Below are positions 46,420 through 59,132 of a stretch of 64,000 nucleotides of DNA, piece by piece. Location of the stretch: contig NW_005201381.1 of NCBI RefSeq assembly GCF_000372725.1, forward strand, positions 307,953-371,952. Reading direction: 5' to 3'. How positions within the stretch are numbered: the first letter of the stretch is position 1; every line of letters starts with the position of its first letter. The translations under genes were made by a program, and so were the position numbers. Source of the stretch: Emiliania huxleyi CCMP1516. Lineage: Eukaryota. The notes beneath the pieces are model-generated. The model was not told the DNA's origin. It made no database searches and saw only the letters and a list, made by a program, of their open reading frames with translations.

Positions 46420-47037
46420 CGACCCTTTTGAGCGCAGGCGAGGCAATGCAGGGAAGCTGGCCGCTGCCCGCCGTCGGTTCAGTTTTTTTTCACACCAACG
46501 AGAAGACAAGAGTCAAGACACAAGACTCAAAGAGTGCTCCCCGGAAACCTCCACCGGGCACCGGGTCCCCGCCCATGATGCGGTCTTCACGCGCGCCGCC
46601 CTACGTATGTTACTTGTTACCTGTTACAGCACCCAATGGAAATAAGGATTCGCGTCGCAACGAGTACCTACTACGTGTGCCTGGTCAGTGAGCAGTGCAC
46701 ACCCGGCCGCAGATCGACTAAAGACCGATTACAGCGGGCCGTGGCACTGCTCCTGCCACTCACTTCTCGCGTCACCTAAGATGCCGCGGGGAGGCGCGCA
46801 TTCGCCGACATCGATCGTGCAGACGCTACGTCGTACTAAGGTACGTTAGTTGGGCGGGCGGGAACGCGGGCCACGGCCAAGCCCCCTGCCGGCCAGGCGG
46901 CGCGTTCGCCTTCCCTCAAAGCTCGTCGTAGAGCCCCGGCCCGTCGTTCGCTCCGTCGTTGCCCGAGGCGCCGTTCGGCTCTCCGGAGTGCTCGGTGGCG
47001 GCGGGCGCGCTGCCTCCGATCAGAGCGCAACGCGGCT

Positions 47038-48743
47038 TCATCCGCATATGGCCAGCCGCCTAGTCACACGCCCCGACCTCGAGGTCTCCCACGATGCTTT
47101 CAGCTGCCAACGAGGCGGCGAACTCTCCTTTTGCCGCTTCGCACGCTCGCCCTCCTCGTCCTCGTCCTCGTCGCGCTCGCGCGCCTGGTGTGTGGATTCG
47201 GGGAGCTGACACTCGGCGCATCGCGTGGTCTGCGGCCGTTCGAATACAGTCGAATACCGCTGAACATGAATGCTAGAGAGGGACATGCACATGCACGTGC
47301 ACATGCACATGCACATGTCAATGCACATGCACATGTGCATGTGCATGTGCATGTGCATGTGCATGTGCATGTGCACGTGTTCGCGCGCCTTGGCCTTTGC
47401 GTCTGCCACCGACGAGTAGAGGACGCCGCGGGCCTGCGGTTCGGGAGGCCAGGAGCGGATGATGGGGCTGGTTCGGAGCGAGGGAGACGCAGGGGGGGGT
47501 GGGGAGGGGGGGGGGAGAGGGGGGGGGGGCGGGGGGGGCGCGAGCGTCTTGCCTGCGTCTCCTTCTCCGCAGCCCGCCGTCCCTCCTCGGCGAGTCGCTG
47601 CTCCACGGCCGCCGCTGCACCCGCCGCTGCACCCGCCTCCGCGTCCTTCGCCCCGCCCTCGGCCTCAGCCGCAGCGGTGGCAGCCGTTGCCGCCGCTGCG
47701 GCCGGCTCCGCCTCCGCCGCCGCCGCCTCCGTCGCCGGCGCTGCCTCCGCTTCCGCTTCCGCCGTTGTCGCTTCCGCTGGCGCCTCCGCTTCCGTTGACG
47801 CTTCCGCCGATGCCGCCGCCGCTGCCGCGGCTGCCGCCGCCACCTCCTGCGCCGCCTTCTTCTCCGCCGCGTGCCTTGCCGCTATGGCGGCCCGCCTCGC
47901 TCTCCTCTCTTCGATCTCGCGCTGCTCGCGCTGCTCGTCCGACTCCTCCGCCTACCGGCGGGCAAGGAGGTGGGGCGGCGCCCATGGGTCGTGGCGCAGT
48001 GGACGGCGGTTCGCGCCTGCCGCCCCAGCTGCTCCTGGACGCGCTGTCGGTACTCCTCCTCCTCCGCCGCCTCCGTCGCCGCCTTTGCCGCCGCCCTCTC
48101 CGCCGCCGCCTGCGCACGAGCCAAGGATGAGACGGGGAGGGGGAAGGGGGGGAGGGGGGGGAGGGGGGGGGGGGTCGGTGGTGGAAGAGGAGCGGCGGAC
48201 GGGATGATGGGCGCTGGAAGCGTCGCGGCTGTGGGGTGCGTGGCGGTCGGAGTGGCGGTCGGAATACGCACGCGCCACCTTCTCGGCAGCCGCCTTCTCC
48301 ACCGCCGCCTCCTCACGATCGCGCTGCCTCGCCTCAGCCCTCGCCGCCGCCTTGGCCGCCGCCTCCGCCTCCGCCGCCGCGCGCGCCTCTTCCTCCTGCT
48401 TTTGCCGCGCTGCCCTCCGCTGCTCCTCCGCTTGCTGTGCTGGGTGCGGAGGTGGGGGTGCCAGGACGGGCTGCGCCGCGGCTGTCGGAGATGGCGGCGG
48501 CAGCCCGAGCGCTGCACACGCCTGTGCCATCTGAGTCTGCAGCGCGTACGCCATCTGCGCACCCTGCTGCGCGTGGGCGAGGCGCAACGCCTCGATGTCT
48601 GGAGGTGAAGAACCGGCGTTGTGCGCGGCAAGCATCGTCTTTTGCTGCTGCAGCTGCAGCTGCAGCATCTGGACGTGGTGCTGTCGCTGCAGCAGAGCCA
48701 GGTGAGCCTGCCGTTGGTCACCGGGAGGGGCGGAATGCTCCAT
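47038..48743 (-). CDS. Hypothetical Q/A/E-rich coiled-coil protein (spliced)
   Basis: Coding-like Ala/Glu/Gln-rich exons separated by C-rich introns; (cacatg)n at 47283-47375. No domain recognised. Confidence 0.45.
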
Positions 48744-49119
48744 TTCTTACAGACCTCGAGGAAGCCCCACGAGAGGGCGGGTTTGGTTCAAGGCAGGTGA
48801 GGTGGGGCGCGCCCCGGGGGGCGAAGCTCACACGCTGCGTGTGACACGGCGGAGGGAAAAGAAACAGAGGCTTGCTAGGAAAGCTCACACAGAGGACATT
48901 CACCCTTTTTCCGAGGGGTAGAGAGATGGAGCCGCGCGACACTATCGTGCCTATATCTCCCCCCGTCTACGACTACGTGCTGCAGCAATCGTCCTGAGGG
49001 TCCGGCCCCCCACCGAATTGCAAGTAGGTCTGCTCCATTGTCAGACCGGTCGCGGGGTGAACCGGCTCCGACACTTCCACCTGCCCACAGGGCACGCGTC
49101 GGTTTGTCTACGCATGAAG

Positions 49120-50020
49120 CTCACAGCATGTGACACGAGCGGCTTGTCGTCATCGGCGACGTCGCTACTCGAGGAGGACGAGCTCGACACAACCACTGCA
49201 CGGAAGCCGTGCGAGCGAGTGCGCGGGCGGCGGCGCACTTTGACTCAGAGCATGCTCTCAGTCGGACTTGCGCGCAGGCACGCGAACGCGAACCGGCGTG
49301 CGCCGCTCGACGTCGAGGCGACGGCCGCGGCCTGGCGCTTCTGCGCCGGCGTCGCGGCCTCCTCCTTCTTCGCCTTGCCGGTCGCGGGCGACTGGCCGCT
49401 GGCGGCCGGCTCCGCCTTGGCGATCTTCTTGACCTCGGCGACGACGGCGGCGGCGGACTGGTTGATCTTCGTGAAGACCTCCTTTTTGGGAGCGCGTCGA
49501 GCTTCTCGCCGATACAGGGATCCACACACGCGTGAGCCCGGCCGAGGGAGGTGCTCTGGCTCCCTCACCGCCCCGTTGAGCACCTTGCCCAGCCACAGGT
49601 TGAACTTCACTTGGTGCTCCTTGCCGGAGGCGAATCCTTGCGGTGCGGCATCGTCACAACGCGGACAGAGAGCCCGCCGAAGTCTCGCGGGCGATGGGCT
49701 CGGTGCCGCGCCAGCGGGCCTTCTTGATGAGCGAGTCGTGCTTCGCCGCCGTCGCCGCGATTCCCGTGCCGCCGCCACGGAAAGTGGCCCGAGCTTATGC
49801 GAAGCCCACTTTGCGGCCTTTGCCGCTTGCCCACCGCTTGGCTTCGTCAACGGGCGGCCTTGCCACACTCGCCTCGGCATCACTCGAAGCTGCGAGCTCG
49901 GCTGCGGCCACAAGAGCGGCCTGCTTGGCACGCAGCTGCGCAATCGTCGGCCCGCGTGCGCGGCTTTTCAGGGCCTGTGCCGGCGAGTTGGCGCTCACGC
50001 GCTGAATCATCATCGTCATG
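49120..50020 (-). CDS. Hypothetical Lys/Ala-rich protein (spliced or degraded)
   Basis: Segments MMIQRVSANS...GRKVGF, GFASGKEHQVKFNLWLGKVL and KKEVFTKINQSAAAVVAEVKKIAK lie in different frames. Confidence 0.35.
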
Positions 50021-50080
50021 GCTCTGTCTCGCTCGCTCGTGCGTCCTTGCAACACACCCCGGACCCAAGACGCACAAGCA

Positions 50081-50608
50081 CCAATGGGTGGCAGGTGCCT
50101 CTGCTGCTGTGGCATGCCTCACGGCTGCGACTGGCAGGCGCCTCGGCGCGTCAGCTCGGCTCGGCGTAGCGATAGTGGCCAGCGCAACTCGCCTGGACTC
50201 AACGCTCAGCCAGGAGCTCCCGCACGCGCTGGCGCGACTCATGGCGCATGCAACGCGCAGCAATGCTCGCCTCGCCTTGCGCAAATGCGACCGCTTCGCA
50301 GCCGACAGCCCACCGCCTGAAGCACAGCGACGAATGCGGCACCGGCGACACATGGCAGGCTGGTCATGACGCAGTTATAGGGTGTTGTGTGCCGTCAGAG
50401 TGACTCTCTGTGTGTCAGGGATAGTCAGGGCCGTCCATCAGAGCTCCAGTAAGCTCGGAGACACCCAATTAGCGCGGCTCGACCTCTTTGAGTCACTGCC
50501 TTCCCGGCGGTTTGGCTGTAGAGCCTCTACAACAAACTCTACAGCAAAATCGCGCTCTACATTGGCATTGCTCTACAACGCAGGCAGTTCGTCCCGCGGC
50601 GGATGTAG
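50081..50608 (+). mobile_element. Internal and partial right-TIR copy of the CTCTACA MITE
   Basis: Colinear with 14653-15181. Confidence 0.92.
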
Positions 50609-50689
50609 TTGTAGATTCGCGCGACAGGCAAGGCGCGGCTGCGGGCGACGGCTTCCGCCGTCGCCCCCACCACAGGAGCAGTCACACCA

Positions 50690-51618
50690 CTCCCACTCCA
50701 ATGATTCACGATCAACGAAGTGCGGTCACTGTGGTGAAGCAAAGGCGCAGTTGCGGGATGCCGACGCCAATGGGCGGGAGGCGGCGCGGCGTGCTCAACG
50801 TGCCAAGGAGTACCAGGGCAGGTCGCTGAACGCACTGGGCGTTGGGACGGCCTCCGTGCCGCGAGCGGCGCAGAGAGTGTTCGAGCGGACGCGCGCAGAC
50901 GCGTTGGTGCGGTGGGAGACAGAGCAGCTTGAGCAGTACACTGGCGCGGCTTCTTACCTTCGACGGGAGGACTGCGTGCTGGGGGTGATCCAGTCGTTCT
51001 ACATTGTGCAAACGGGCGCGCGCGTGTCTGAGCGTGATTGACGAGAGCAAGCGTTCGTGCATCACCGAGACGGATGTTGCCCGCCTTTTCAACGCAGTCG
51101 GGCGGCGGGTGGCTACGGGTGTTCCGGGCGAGGACACCTTCCCGATGGGCGGCTACTTCAATGAGTTCCGACGCGAGGGTGTGAGCGTGGAGCTGGTGCG
51201 TGAGCTGCGGACGGTGGTCACAGGCGCAATCGCTGCGATCGGTGGCGATGTGTCAGCGATCACGGCGAGCGCAAATTCATTCCGCAAGTGGTACAGCGAC
51301 GCGCAGAACGCGACGGCCGTCGCCTTGCTTGGGCGAGGCGATGCGGTGAACATTGCGATTATGCGGGCTGCGAAGCAGGTCTTTGCCAGATGGTACTGTC
51401 CGGGAGGGCGGCTGTACGTGCCGGGAGCTGTGAGCGAGCTCGCGTCGCCGGCGGCCTTCGGTGATTTCGAGGTGCCGGGTGGTGTGGTGCGAGACCTGCT
51501 CTACAGTCTGTACTCTCAGCCCACAAGCAAGTGGTTGGCCAGGGTGGATCGCGCTGAAAGGCGGATGCCGGAGAGGGTGGACGTGTCGCAGGGACGCAGG
51601 CGGCGACGACGACGATGA
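50690..51618 (+). pseudogene. Unknown protein, probably frameshifted at about 51016
   Basis: Two overlapping coding-like ORFs switch frame in a (gc)n run; N-terminal CGHC. Confidence 0.35.
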
Positions 51619-52224
51619 GTGAGCGCACGATGCGGAGCGGGCGCGTCGTTGAGTTTGCGGTCGACAACCGGGACATGGAGGGGCCTCCGAGACAGTACGG
51701 GCCAGTCACCGTCAAGTGTGTGAGAGTGAAGAAGAGACTGTGGAGAGATGCGTCAGAAAAAAAGATATTCGTATCTTTTTGCCCCCCTCCGCGCAAAAGT
51801 TTGTTGTGCGCGTAAAAATCGCTAGCGGCCATGAATCGGTAGGCTGCAGTTATGTGTACTTTTAGCTTACTGGGAGAAAAGGGAGAGGGGGTTGTGTTCT
51901 CTAGGCCCCTAAGGGCCCTACGCGCGGCGTGAGAGCTCGGAAGCGAGCTTTGCACGGCGATCGAGGATGGCACGGTTCACCCCCTTCACCCGAAGAGCGA
52001 TGGAGATGCGTTCCGCGTGGTGTGACACAAATGAGAGGCGGGAGTGGGGAGGGTACCGGTCGGTCAACGGTAACTTGCGGTTGTGAACAGGGTCGTTTGG
52101 TTATATCCGCATGTTACAAACCGGTACAAAGTTGTCAAAGCGGATGCCGAAGCCGGGCAGCTCGCAAGCATAGCCCGTCTGCGCCCGCGCAGTCAGCTCC
52201 TCCATGAGCCGGACCCCGAAGGGC

Positions 52225-54189
52225 TCAGCCCTTGTGGGGGGTGCTGCACTTGTTGGGGTTAGGACAATCAGCGCGCTTATGGCCCGCAGGGCCCACCTTG
52301 CCCGCGCACCGCCCGAATTTGCCTTGGTCGGTGACGAACTGGTCGCACACGTGGTTGTGCTTGCATGTCCCGTCTGGCTTGAGCATCGACGGCACATGCG
52401 CCTTGCCCAAGTTCCAAGCTGTGCAAGGGGCCCCATCACTCGAAAAGCGTCCATTCCACTTCTTTGCGGTGTTGCCTGTCTCCCCGGACCGCGGCTCCCC
52501 GCCGCGTGTACGAAAAAAGGCGGACTCCTGCACGTTGGGGTACACGGCCGCGAGAATGAGGCGCGCCTCATCCATCATGCCGGCGAGATAGACCTCCTCG
52601 GTTGCCTTGCGCAGGGAGAGCGCCCCGCCAGACTCCTCCACCTTGCGAATGAAGGCGACGAATAGACACACAGCAAGCTGCCATGGATGTCCGCGATCGA
52701 GGATCGTCTCGTAGACGACGTACTGCAGGAAAGCAGTCAGCTCGGTGGGTGACGTGCCCAGTCCAGAAGAAATCATCAGCCACAGGTTGAGTGCGGCCCC
52801 AAATTCCGACTCGGTCTTCGGGTAGACGATGCGCGCACTGTGAACTGAGGTCGCCCGTTGCGTGGTGGTCGTCCCGGCGTTGAGCGACGCAGTGGTTGAC
52901 GATTTTGCAACGCCGTCAGCCACCTCCCGGCTCACCTTGGCGAAAGTGAAGGTATAATCCCCAGTTGGGACGGTTGGACCGTGCTCGGACCCCCCGGCGT
53001 CAGGGATTGCAGTCTCCTTGAGCGTCCTCAGGAGGTCCAGGCTGCGGGTAATGTTCGCAAGCTTTCGGGTTTTCTCTTCCCCCTCTTCCTCGGCCTCGAC
53101 GCCAGAAAGCTGCTGGGCCAGCTGCTCGACTGCCTCCATCTGGCAGATGCGTCCGGCGGAGATGGCCTGGACGATATCGCCCTTGGAGGTATCGGCAGTG
53201 ATGGAGAAGGGCGTGCCCGCGGCTGGGCGGCGGCGCATCGCCACAAGGGCCTGAAGGGCGTTCGTCCCAAAGATGCGCAGGTAGCGCGGCCGGATGAGGG
53301 TGGCAAGAGTGACGGTACTCACGACTCCGACGCCTGCCATCGCCGACGCGTTGGTCGCGACAATGGTGATGGTCGGGCACCGTTGATCTGTGTCGTAGGT
53401 GCAGGATGCGATCGAGCTGCCACACGAAGGGCAAACAGCGCCGACTCCCCCGAGCCCCCCGAGGACTAGTAGCGGGATCATGACAAGGCCGTACTGGTAA
53501 ACGGCGACGGAAAGCGTGCAAAGCAGGCCACCGCGGGCTCGGAGAGAGGCGTGGAGGAGGGAGACCGACTCTTCTGAAGGCTCGTCAGCATGAGCACCGC
53601 CTCCACGGACTCGGCGGAGCAGGGAATCGATCCGGGTCTCAAGCACGTACGTCTTGATGTACGTGTCCATGAAGTAGCCAACGTGCCGCCCCATGGAGCG
53701 CGTGGCGAGGTAGATGGCGGAGAAGGTGAGGAGCACACCTGCATAAGGGCCCATCGCCGCGTAGTCCCGGAACGGCTCGGCAATCGCCGCCGCCCCGTGG
53801 CGGAACAAGGGGTACCCTCCACTGAGGAGGAGGAGGACGCGGACAGGGGTGTAGTCACAGAGTGCGCGAACCTGATAGCCGACACAGTAGACGAAGACGG
53901 CCATCCTGAGGAAGAAGAGGAGCTCAGGTCCCCCGTCACCGCTTGTCACCAGCTCAATCAGGGTGGTACCCAGCAGGTAGAGGAGGACTGCCCCAGCCCC
54001 GGCACGGTAGACCCGGCTAGTGAGAAGGGCTGCAAGACCGTCATAAGCGAGGCCCACGGCGATCGACCAGAGGAATAACGTGAACTCGATCGTAGTGTAG
54101 GCCCAGCCCATCAGAGAATCGAGGCCACTGGCCTCTGGCTCTGCTCCCGCCTGGGATCTCCTATTGCGACCCAGAGCTAAGAGAGACAT
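52225..54189 (-). mobile_element. Gag-like ORF1 of a tyrosine-recombinase (DIRS/Ngaro-type) retrotransposon, pol absent
   Basis: Intronless 654-aa ORF ending in CTAWNLG...GTCKHNHVCDQF...GRC...GHKRADCPNP, a Cys/His finger like Ngaro/DIRS ORF1. A short overlapping frame follows and stops at 52101. Confidence 0.65.
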
Positions 54190-54616
54190 CGCGAAAACCG
54201 CGCCAATAAGTTGCTGCCGATAAGTTCGCCCAACGGCGGCGCGGCGTGCAATAATTGCAAATAGGAAACCGCGCCAGACCGGCGGCGCCGAAGTGGAACG
54301 GCGCCTCGCACGGCGGACACCAGCAATATTAATAATTGACTTGAGTCGCCATGGTAGGACGCCGCCCTGAATGATGTTGATGACGGCAAAGCAACCCGAA
54401 TAATAATAGCCATTGCTCCCTCAGTGTAAACGACTGTGAATACCGAACTCCCCCGTTCACACCTAGTCACCGTGGCCCAACTGGGGTCAAGCCTGCACTC
54501 TCTCCACTCAGTGTATAGTGAGTGAGCAGCGCACGAGATAAAAACAAAAAAAAATCGGAGCACTCACTGCGCACCCGCTCTCGCCGAGCGCCTGCTCAAA
54601 GGCGGTTGCCATTTGC

Positions 54617-55675
54617 ATGGTCGTTCACCTTGCGCCCCGTCAGCCGCGTGGCATTGATTCGCTGGTCTCACCGCGTCAATCGTTTGTTTACAGGTCTACC
54701 ACTCGAGCCTCAACGGCACGGAGACCGAGGTTGCCTGCGGCTGTGCGATCCTGCCCCTCAAGACGAGCATCCGCGGGCCTGCCGAGTCGGCGGCAGAAGG
54801 TGCACTCCGCCGTCCGGCGCCTGCCGCCGGCTCAGCCTTTCCGCAGTCAGCCTCGCCGGGCCGCAGGTGAGGAAGATATCGTCGACGAGACGCTCGGTTA
54901 CTTCAAAGCCAACGTCCTCTTCAAGCACTTTGAGGTGAAGGGCGCGGCGGACCGAACTCTAATCTACCTGACGCTCTACACGACGCAGTGCCTGAAACGG
55001 CTGGAGACGTGCCCGACGCAGGTGCCACACTCCGCGCCGCTCCCACGCGCTGTGCCGCCACGGGCCGCGCGACGGGGTCACAGCTCGCTCAGACGCATCG
55101 TACCTGCGCTCTTGGGCCCTTGGCCGCACTGCAGCGACACACCATCCACGCTCTCGGGGACCGGGCGCCGCCGCCACGCAGACGGACGGCGTCAAGGCGC
55201 TGACGGCGCTGGCGCACGAGGCCTTCAGTGCGCCGGGCGAGCCGCGCTTCGCCCTCGCCTCCTTCTTCCCCGCCGGAGCAAGCCCGGCAGAGCTCGGTGC
55301 GCAACGCCACCTCCCGGCCCCGGAGGGTCGGACGCGGGCGGGTCGGCGCTGTTGGCGGCGCTGTGATCGGCCTGTCCCCACCGCCGCCTGCGCATCGCGT
55401 CTCCCCGAGTAGCCGCCCACTCTTCCGACCGCCGAAGAGTCCCCCGCGCCGGATCGCAGACCTCTGCCGCGCGTACCTCAAGCAAGCGCGAGAGGAGCTG
55501 GGCCGGCGGCTGGCTCTGAAGGTTGCTGCGACGCACCCCGCGCATCCCGCCCACTCCACCCCCCTGACCGCGACTCCGACCCCTCCCCTCTCCCGAGGTT
55601 TACGGCGACAACGGCCCGCCCTCAAAGCTGTGGATCGCCTTTTCGAAGCGCAAGTTTATGAACAAGGCGTTGTGA
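54617..55675 (+). CDS. ARPC3: Arp2/3 complex subunit 3 (p21-Arc), 6 exons
   Basis: Spliced product M|VYHSS...CAILPLKTSIRGPA..|EEDIVDETLGYFKANVLFKHFEVKGAADRTLIYLTLY...PGEPRFAL...|DLCRAYLKQAREELGRRL..|VY...PSKLWIAFSKRKFMNKAL*. Confidence 0.97.
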
Positions 55676-55758
55676 GATGTGGGTCATGATGTGCGAGTCC
55701 GAGACTGAGAGAGCACTTGAGAGAGCGGCAGAGCGCCTGCTGCGGTGCCGGTGGGCCC

Positions 55759-57262
55759 TCAGCCCGCGAACTCTGTGTGTGTACCGCGCCGGCGGCCGCT
55801 TGTGTGAAACGATAAAATGAATAGGGCCGACAAAACTGTCAACTCGCGACGCCAGGGGCCGCAGGCGTGGCCGCGTTGCGATGGGAAGCTCTGCCCTGGC
55901 GGGAACCGCGCGTGCCGCCTCGCCGCCATCCGCCAGCAGTTGAAGCAGCACATCGCCGTGCGCCGAGCCACATCCCTGCTACATCCACGTGGCAGCGGCC
56001 GCGACGATGCTGGCCAACGAGAAGAGCAGTAGCGCCGCGCGCGCGGACCGCGCAGGCAGGGAGAGGTGCCCATCGCTGTTGAGAGCGGCGGCAAGGCCGG
56101 TGAGCAGAAAGAGGGCGGCGGGAATGGCAGCGGCCGGGAGCAGCCGGCCAGACACCTCAAGCTTTCTCTGGCCGTCCGCAGCGCCGGTGGCCGAGATCGT
56201 GCCCAGCGGCACCCAGCGGCCGAGCGCGCCGATTGCGAGGAGCGGCGCCTGCCAGCCCGTGTGCTCGGCATCGATGGTGACGTACGCGAGCACGCCCACC
56301 TGAGAGCGAGGGCGCGGGCACGCGTGGGCCCCGAAGGCGTACGAGAGCTTCTCGGAGGCGTCTCGGAACGTCTCCACCTCGTGCTGCTGCAGGAGGTCGG
56401 GCTTTTGCTTCAGAGCGCTGCGAAGCGCGGACCGCGCCGAGGGCGCGACGACGGGCATGCTCTCCCACGTGTCCGCCGTCTCCGGCACGCCCACGCACAG
56501 CGCGGCGAGCAGCAGCGCCAAGAGAACCGGCAGCGAGTGGGAAGGCCCTGCCGCCGCCGCCACGACAAGCGCGACGCCGCTGCAAATTGCAAGGCGCCGG
56601 GGGAGGGCGCGCGGCTCCTCCGGCGCGGAGGCGCCGCCCTCCCACGTGGCGACCAGCTCGCGCCACAGCGAGGCGGGAGACAGCTCCTCCGGCGTCGGCC
56701 GAACCGACCATGCAAGGGCACCGAAGGAGAGGAGCGCGGGCAACCGCATCGACTCGGGCAGTGCCAGTCGGAGTGCACTGCAGCCTACTGCGGAGTAGCC
56801 GAGGCGCGCCGCTGTCGGCGCAGCCTCCCACCGCTGCACCAGCCCCGCACCGGGCAGCCGCTTCCAATCCGCATCACTCAGCTGGGACAGCCAAGGCGGC
56901 GCGCGATCGGCGAGCGCGCCAGACAAGAGGTAGACGGCCGTGCCGACCGTGTCGTCTGCCAGAGGGAGGACCGAGAGGTCTTCGGGAGGCAGCCAATCGC
57001 CGTACTTCTTGCGCAACTCCCGCTCGACTCCTTCAACGGAGCCGTGTCGGTGCAGCAGTTTGCGCGTGTCCGGCTGCCGCTTGTCGATGCCGTGCGCCTC
57101 ATAGAAGCGGGACAGGCGGTAACTCAGCGCAGACTCACGCGTCCGCATCGTGCCAGCGTACGCAGTGTACAGCACGAACCCCACCAGCGCTGATTTCAGA
57201 GCAAGGGTTGGCACTGTCATTAGCACAAGGCCTTCCTCGAGTGGCGCCCGATGCTTCACTCA
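55759..57262 (-). CDS. Hypothetical multi-pass membrane protein
   Basis: 426-aa ORF (55979-57259) with several hydrophobic stretches; ends uncertain. Confidence 0.55.
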
Positions 57263-58556
57263 TGCTTCGGTGTGAAGGGCCTCCAGGGCTCGCACTTCAA
57301 CCTCTCACAGGCCAGCGCACAGCGCCATAGGAGGTATTTTCTTCTCAATAACAAGGCTGTGAATCACGCCCGCTGAAACAGTTGGCGGGGATTTTTTTGC
57401 GCCAGTCAATAGAGCATGAAAATACCTTTCAGACGGTACCTTTCTGTCCTCCAGAGTCGAAGAACTCGTCCGGTGGCTGGCCGCCAAAGTGGCTGGACGG
57501 CGCCGCGGCGCACACTGGTGAGCCGCGGAGCACACTGCGGGAGCTGTCCTCGGCGCAGCCGATCGGCTCCCGCGGCCTGGATGGTGGCAGTGGCACTCTC
57601 TGAGGCTCCCTGTACCCTGATTTTTTCAGTGTATGTGGCTCTTACGTACATTCCCGTAGGAGGACTCTGCTGACTGACACGGTTTGTCTGGATCCCTTGT
57701 CTGCGTTTCTGACGTGGGGACTGAATTTGGTTACGGTGGATCGTTGGTCGACGTCTGCTTGCCTGCGCCTTCCCCACCCCCATCAGCGCCGTCGCCTTCG
57801 TGTGCCTGAGGGTATGGGGGTGGGCGCCACCCTGGGGCTACCCATAGCATCGTCGGCTCAGTGATGGGTATCCACTCTTGCCCCCGAGCAATCAAACGGT
57901 ACCTCACTCAAGCCGCGAGGCGTCGAGAGCCGAGCTCGAACGGCGCGGCGAGGCTGGTGCGAGCGAGGGTGAGGGCGAGGACGAGTCGGAGGACGAGGAC
58001 TTTGGGGGGGGGCGAGGCGTCCGAGTCGGACAGCGTGGAGGAGGAGGAGGAAGGGGAGGAGAGCGAGGAGGAGGGGGGCGCTGCCACATCTGAACGAGCA
58101 CGGCCCGAAAACAGGGACACGTACTAGTACTGTGCCGCTGCACACGAATGCTTGAGGTGGTACTCCAGTGGCACGCGCGCCGCAGCGCGGCGCGTGCGGC
58201 CGTCAGGAGCGGATCCGTCAGTTAGTTGTGTTTACGCCGGGATCGTGTCCTGAGTAACCTGGGCAACCATTCGGGGCCATTTTTGTTAACACCCTCGCCC
58301 TCGCCCTTGTGTGGTTCCACCCTAAAAGGACGTCCTCGTCGCCGCGAGAGGAACCCCCGTGTGAATGGTTTGTTAAAAGACAGAGGAACCCCCGTTGCAC
58401 ACCTCTTGAGGCGACGAAAGTCGCGGGGCAAATTCATCGTGCTGGCTATCGCCCGCGGCCCCCTCTCAGCCCACCAAAATCCCCCCCCCCCCCCCCAGAT
58501 GCGCGATGGAGATCTGTATCTCTGAGAGCAGGAGGAGCGTGGTGGTCTAGGCGGCA

Positions 58557-58949
58557 TCACATGACCGAGCAGCCACACGTCTTGTTCGAGCAGGGAGATC
58601 CGTTGGTGGCTGGCCAATAGCCGACCCAGGCCACTAGGGGCACGCTCAGGCAACATATCACGAACGTCGTGCAGCAAATGATGAGAAAAAAGATGCTTGC
58701 GCCCAGGGCGACCGTCGCAAGAATGCCCGGCTCGATCACCCGGAGGTATTCTCCGACCCGCTCAACGTCCACCTCCAGCTTTCGCCTGCTGCCTCCGCTC
58801 TCTCCCTGGCCTGTAGGCGCATTGACGTCAGGATCGATGTTGTGGGATGTTGGCCGAGATGAAATCGCTGCCGGAAGTGGTAGAGGCGACGCAGCGCCAC
58901 TCGAGAGGAGAAACGTCGCTGCTACGATGAACGAGCTTGGTTGCATGAT
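58557..58949 (-). CDS. Small hypothetical protein with signal peptide and Cys-rich TM segment
   Basis: MQPSSFIVAATFLLSSGAA...; TM ILATVALGASIFFLIICCTTFVICCLSVPLV. Confidence 0.5.
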   Translation of the reverse strand: MMQPSSFIVAATFLLSSGAASPLPLPAAISSRPTSHNIDPDVNAPTGQGESGGSRRKLEVDVERVGEYLRVIEPGILATVALGASIFFLIICCTTFVICCLSVPLVAWVGYWPATNGSPCSNKTCGCSVM

Positions 58950-59132
58950 GGCTGGCTCAGGAACGAGGAAGCCGGTCTGCGCGAGCTTTTGACGGACGGC
59001 GCGAAAGAGAGGCGCGGCTCAAAAAACATGCCAATTCGACCGGCGATCTTATTTTACGATCCATTTTGACAGAAAGAAGCGACGCGCGCGCAATATTGTT
59101 CACACATAGTCGACCCCCCCCCCCCCCCCCCG

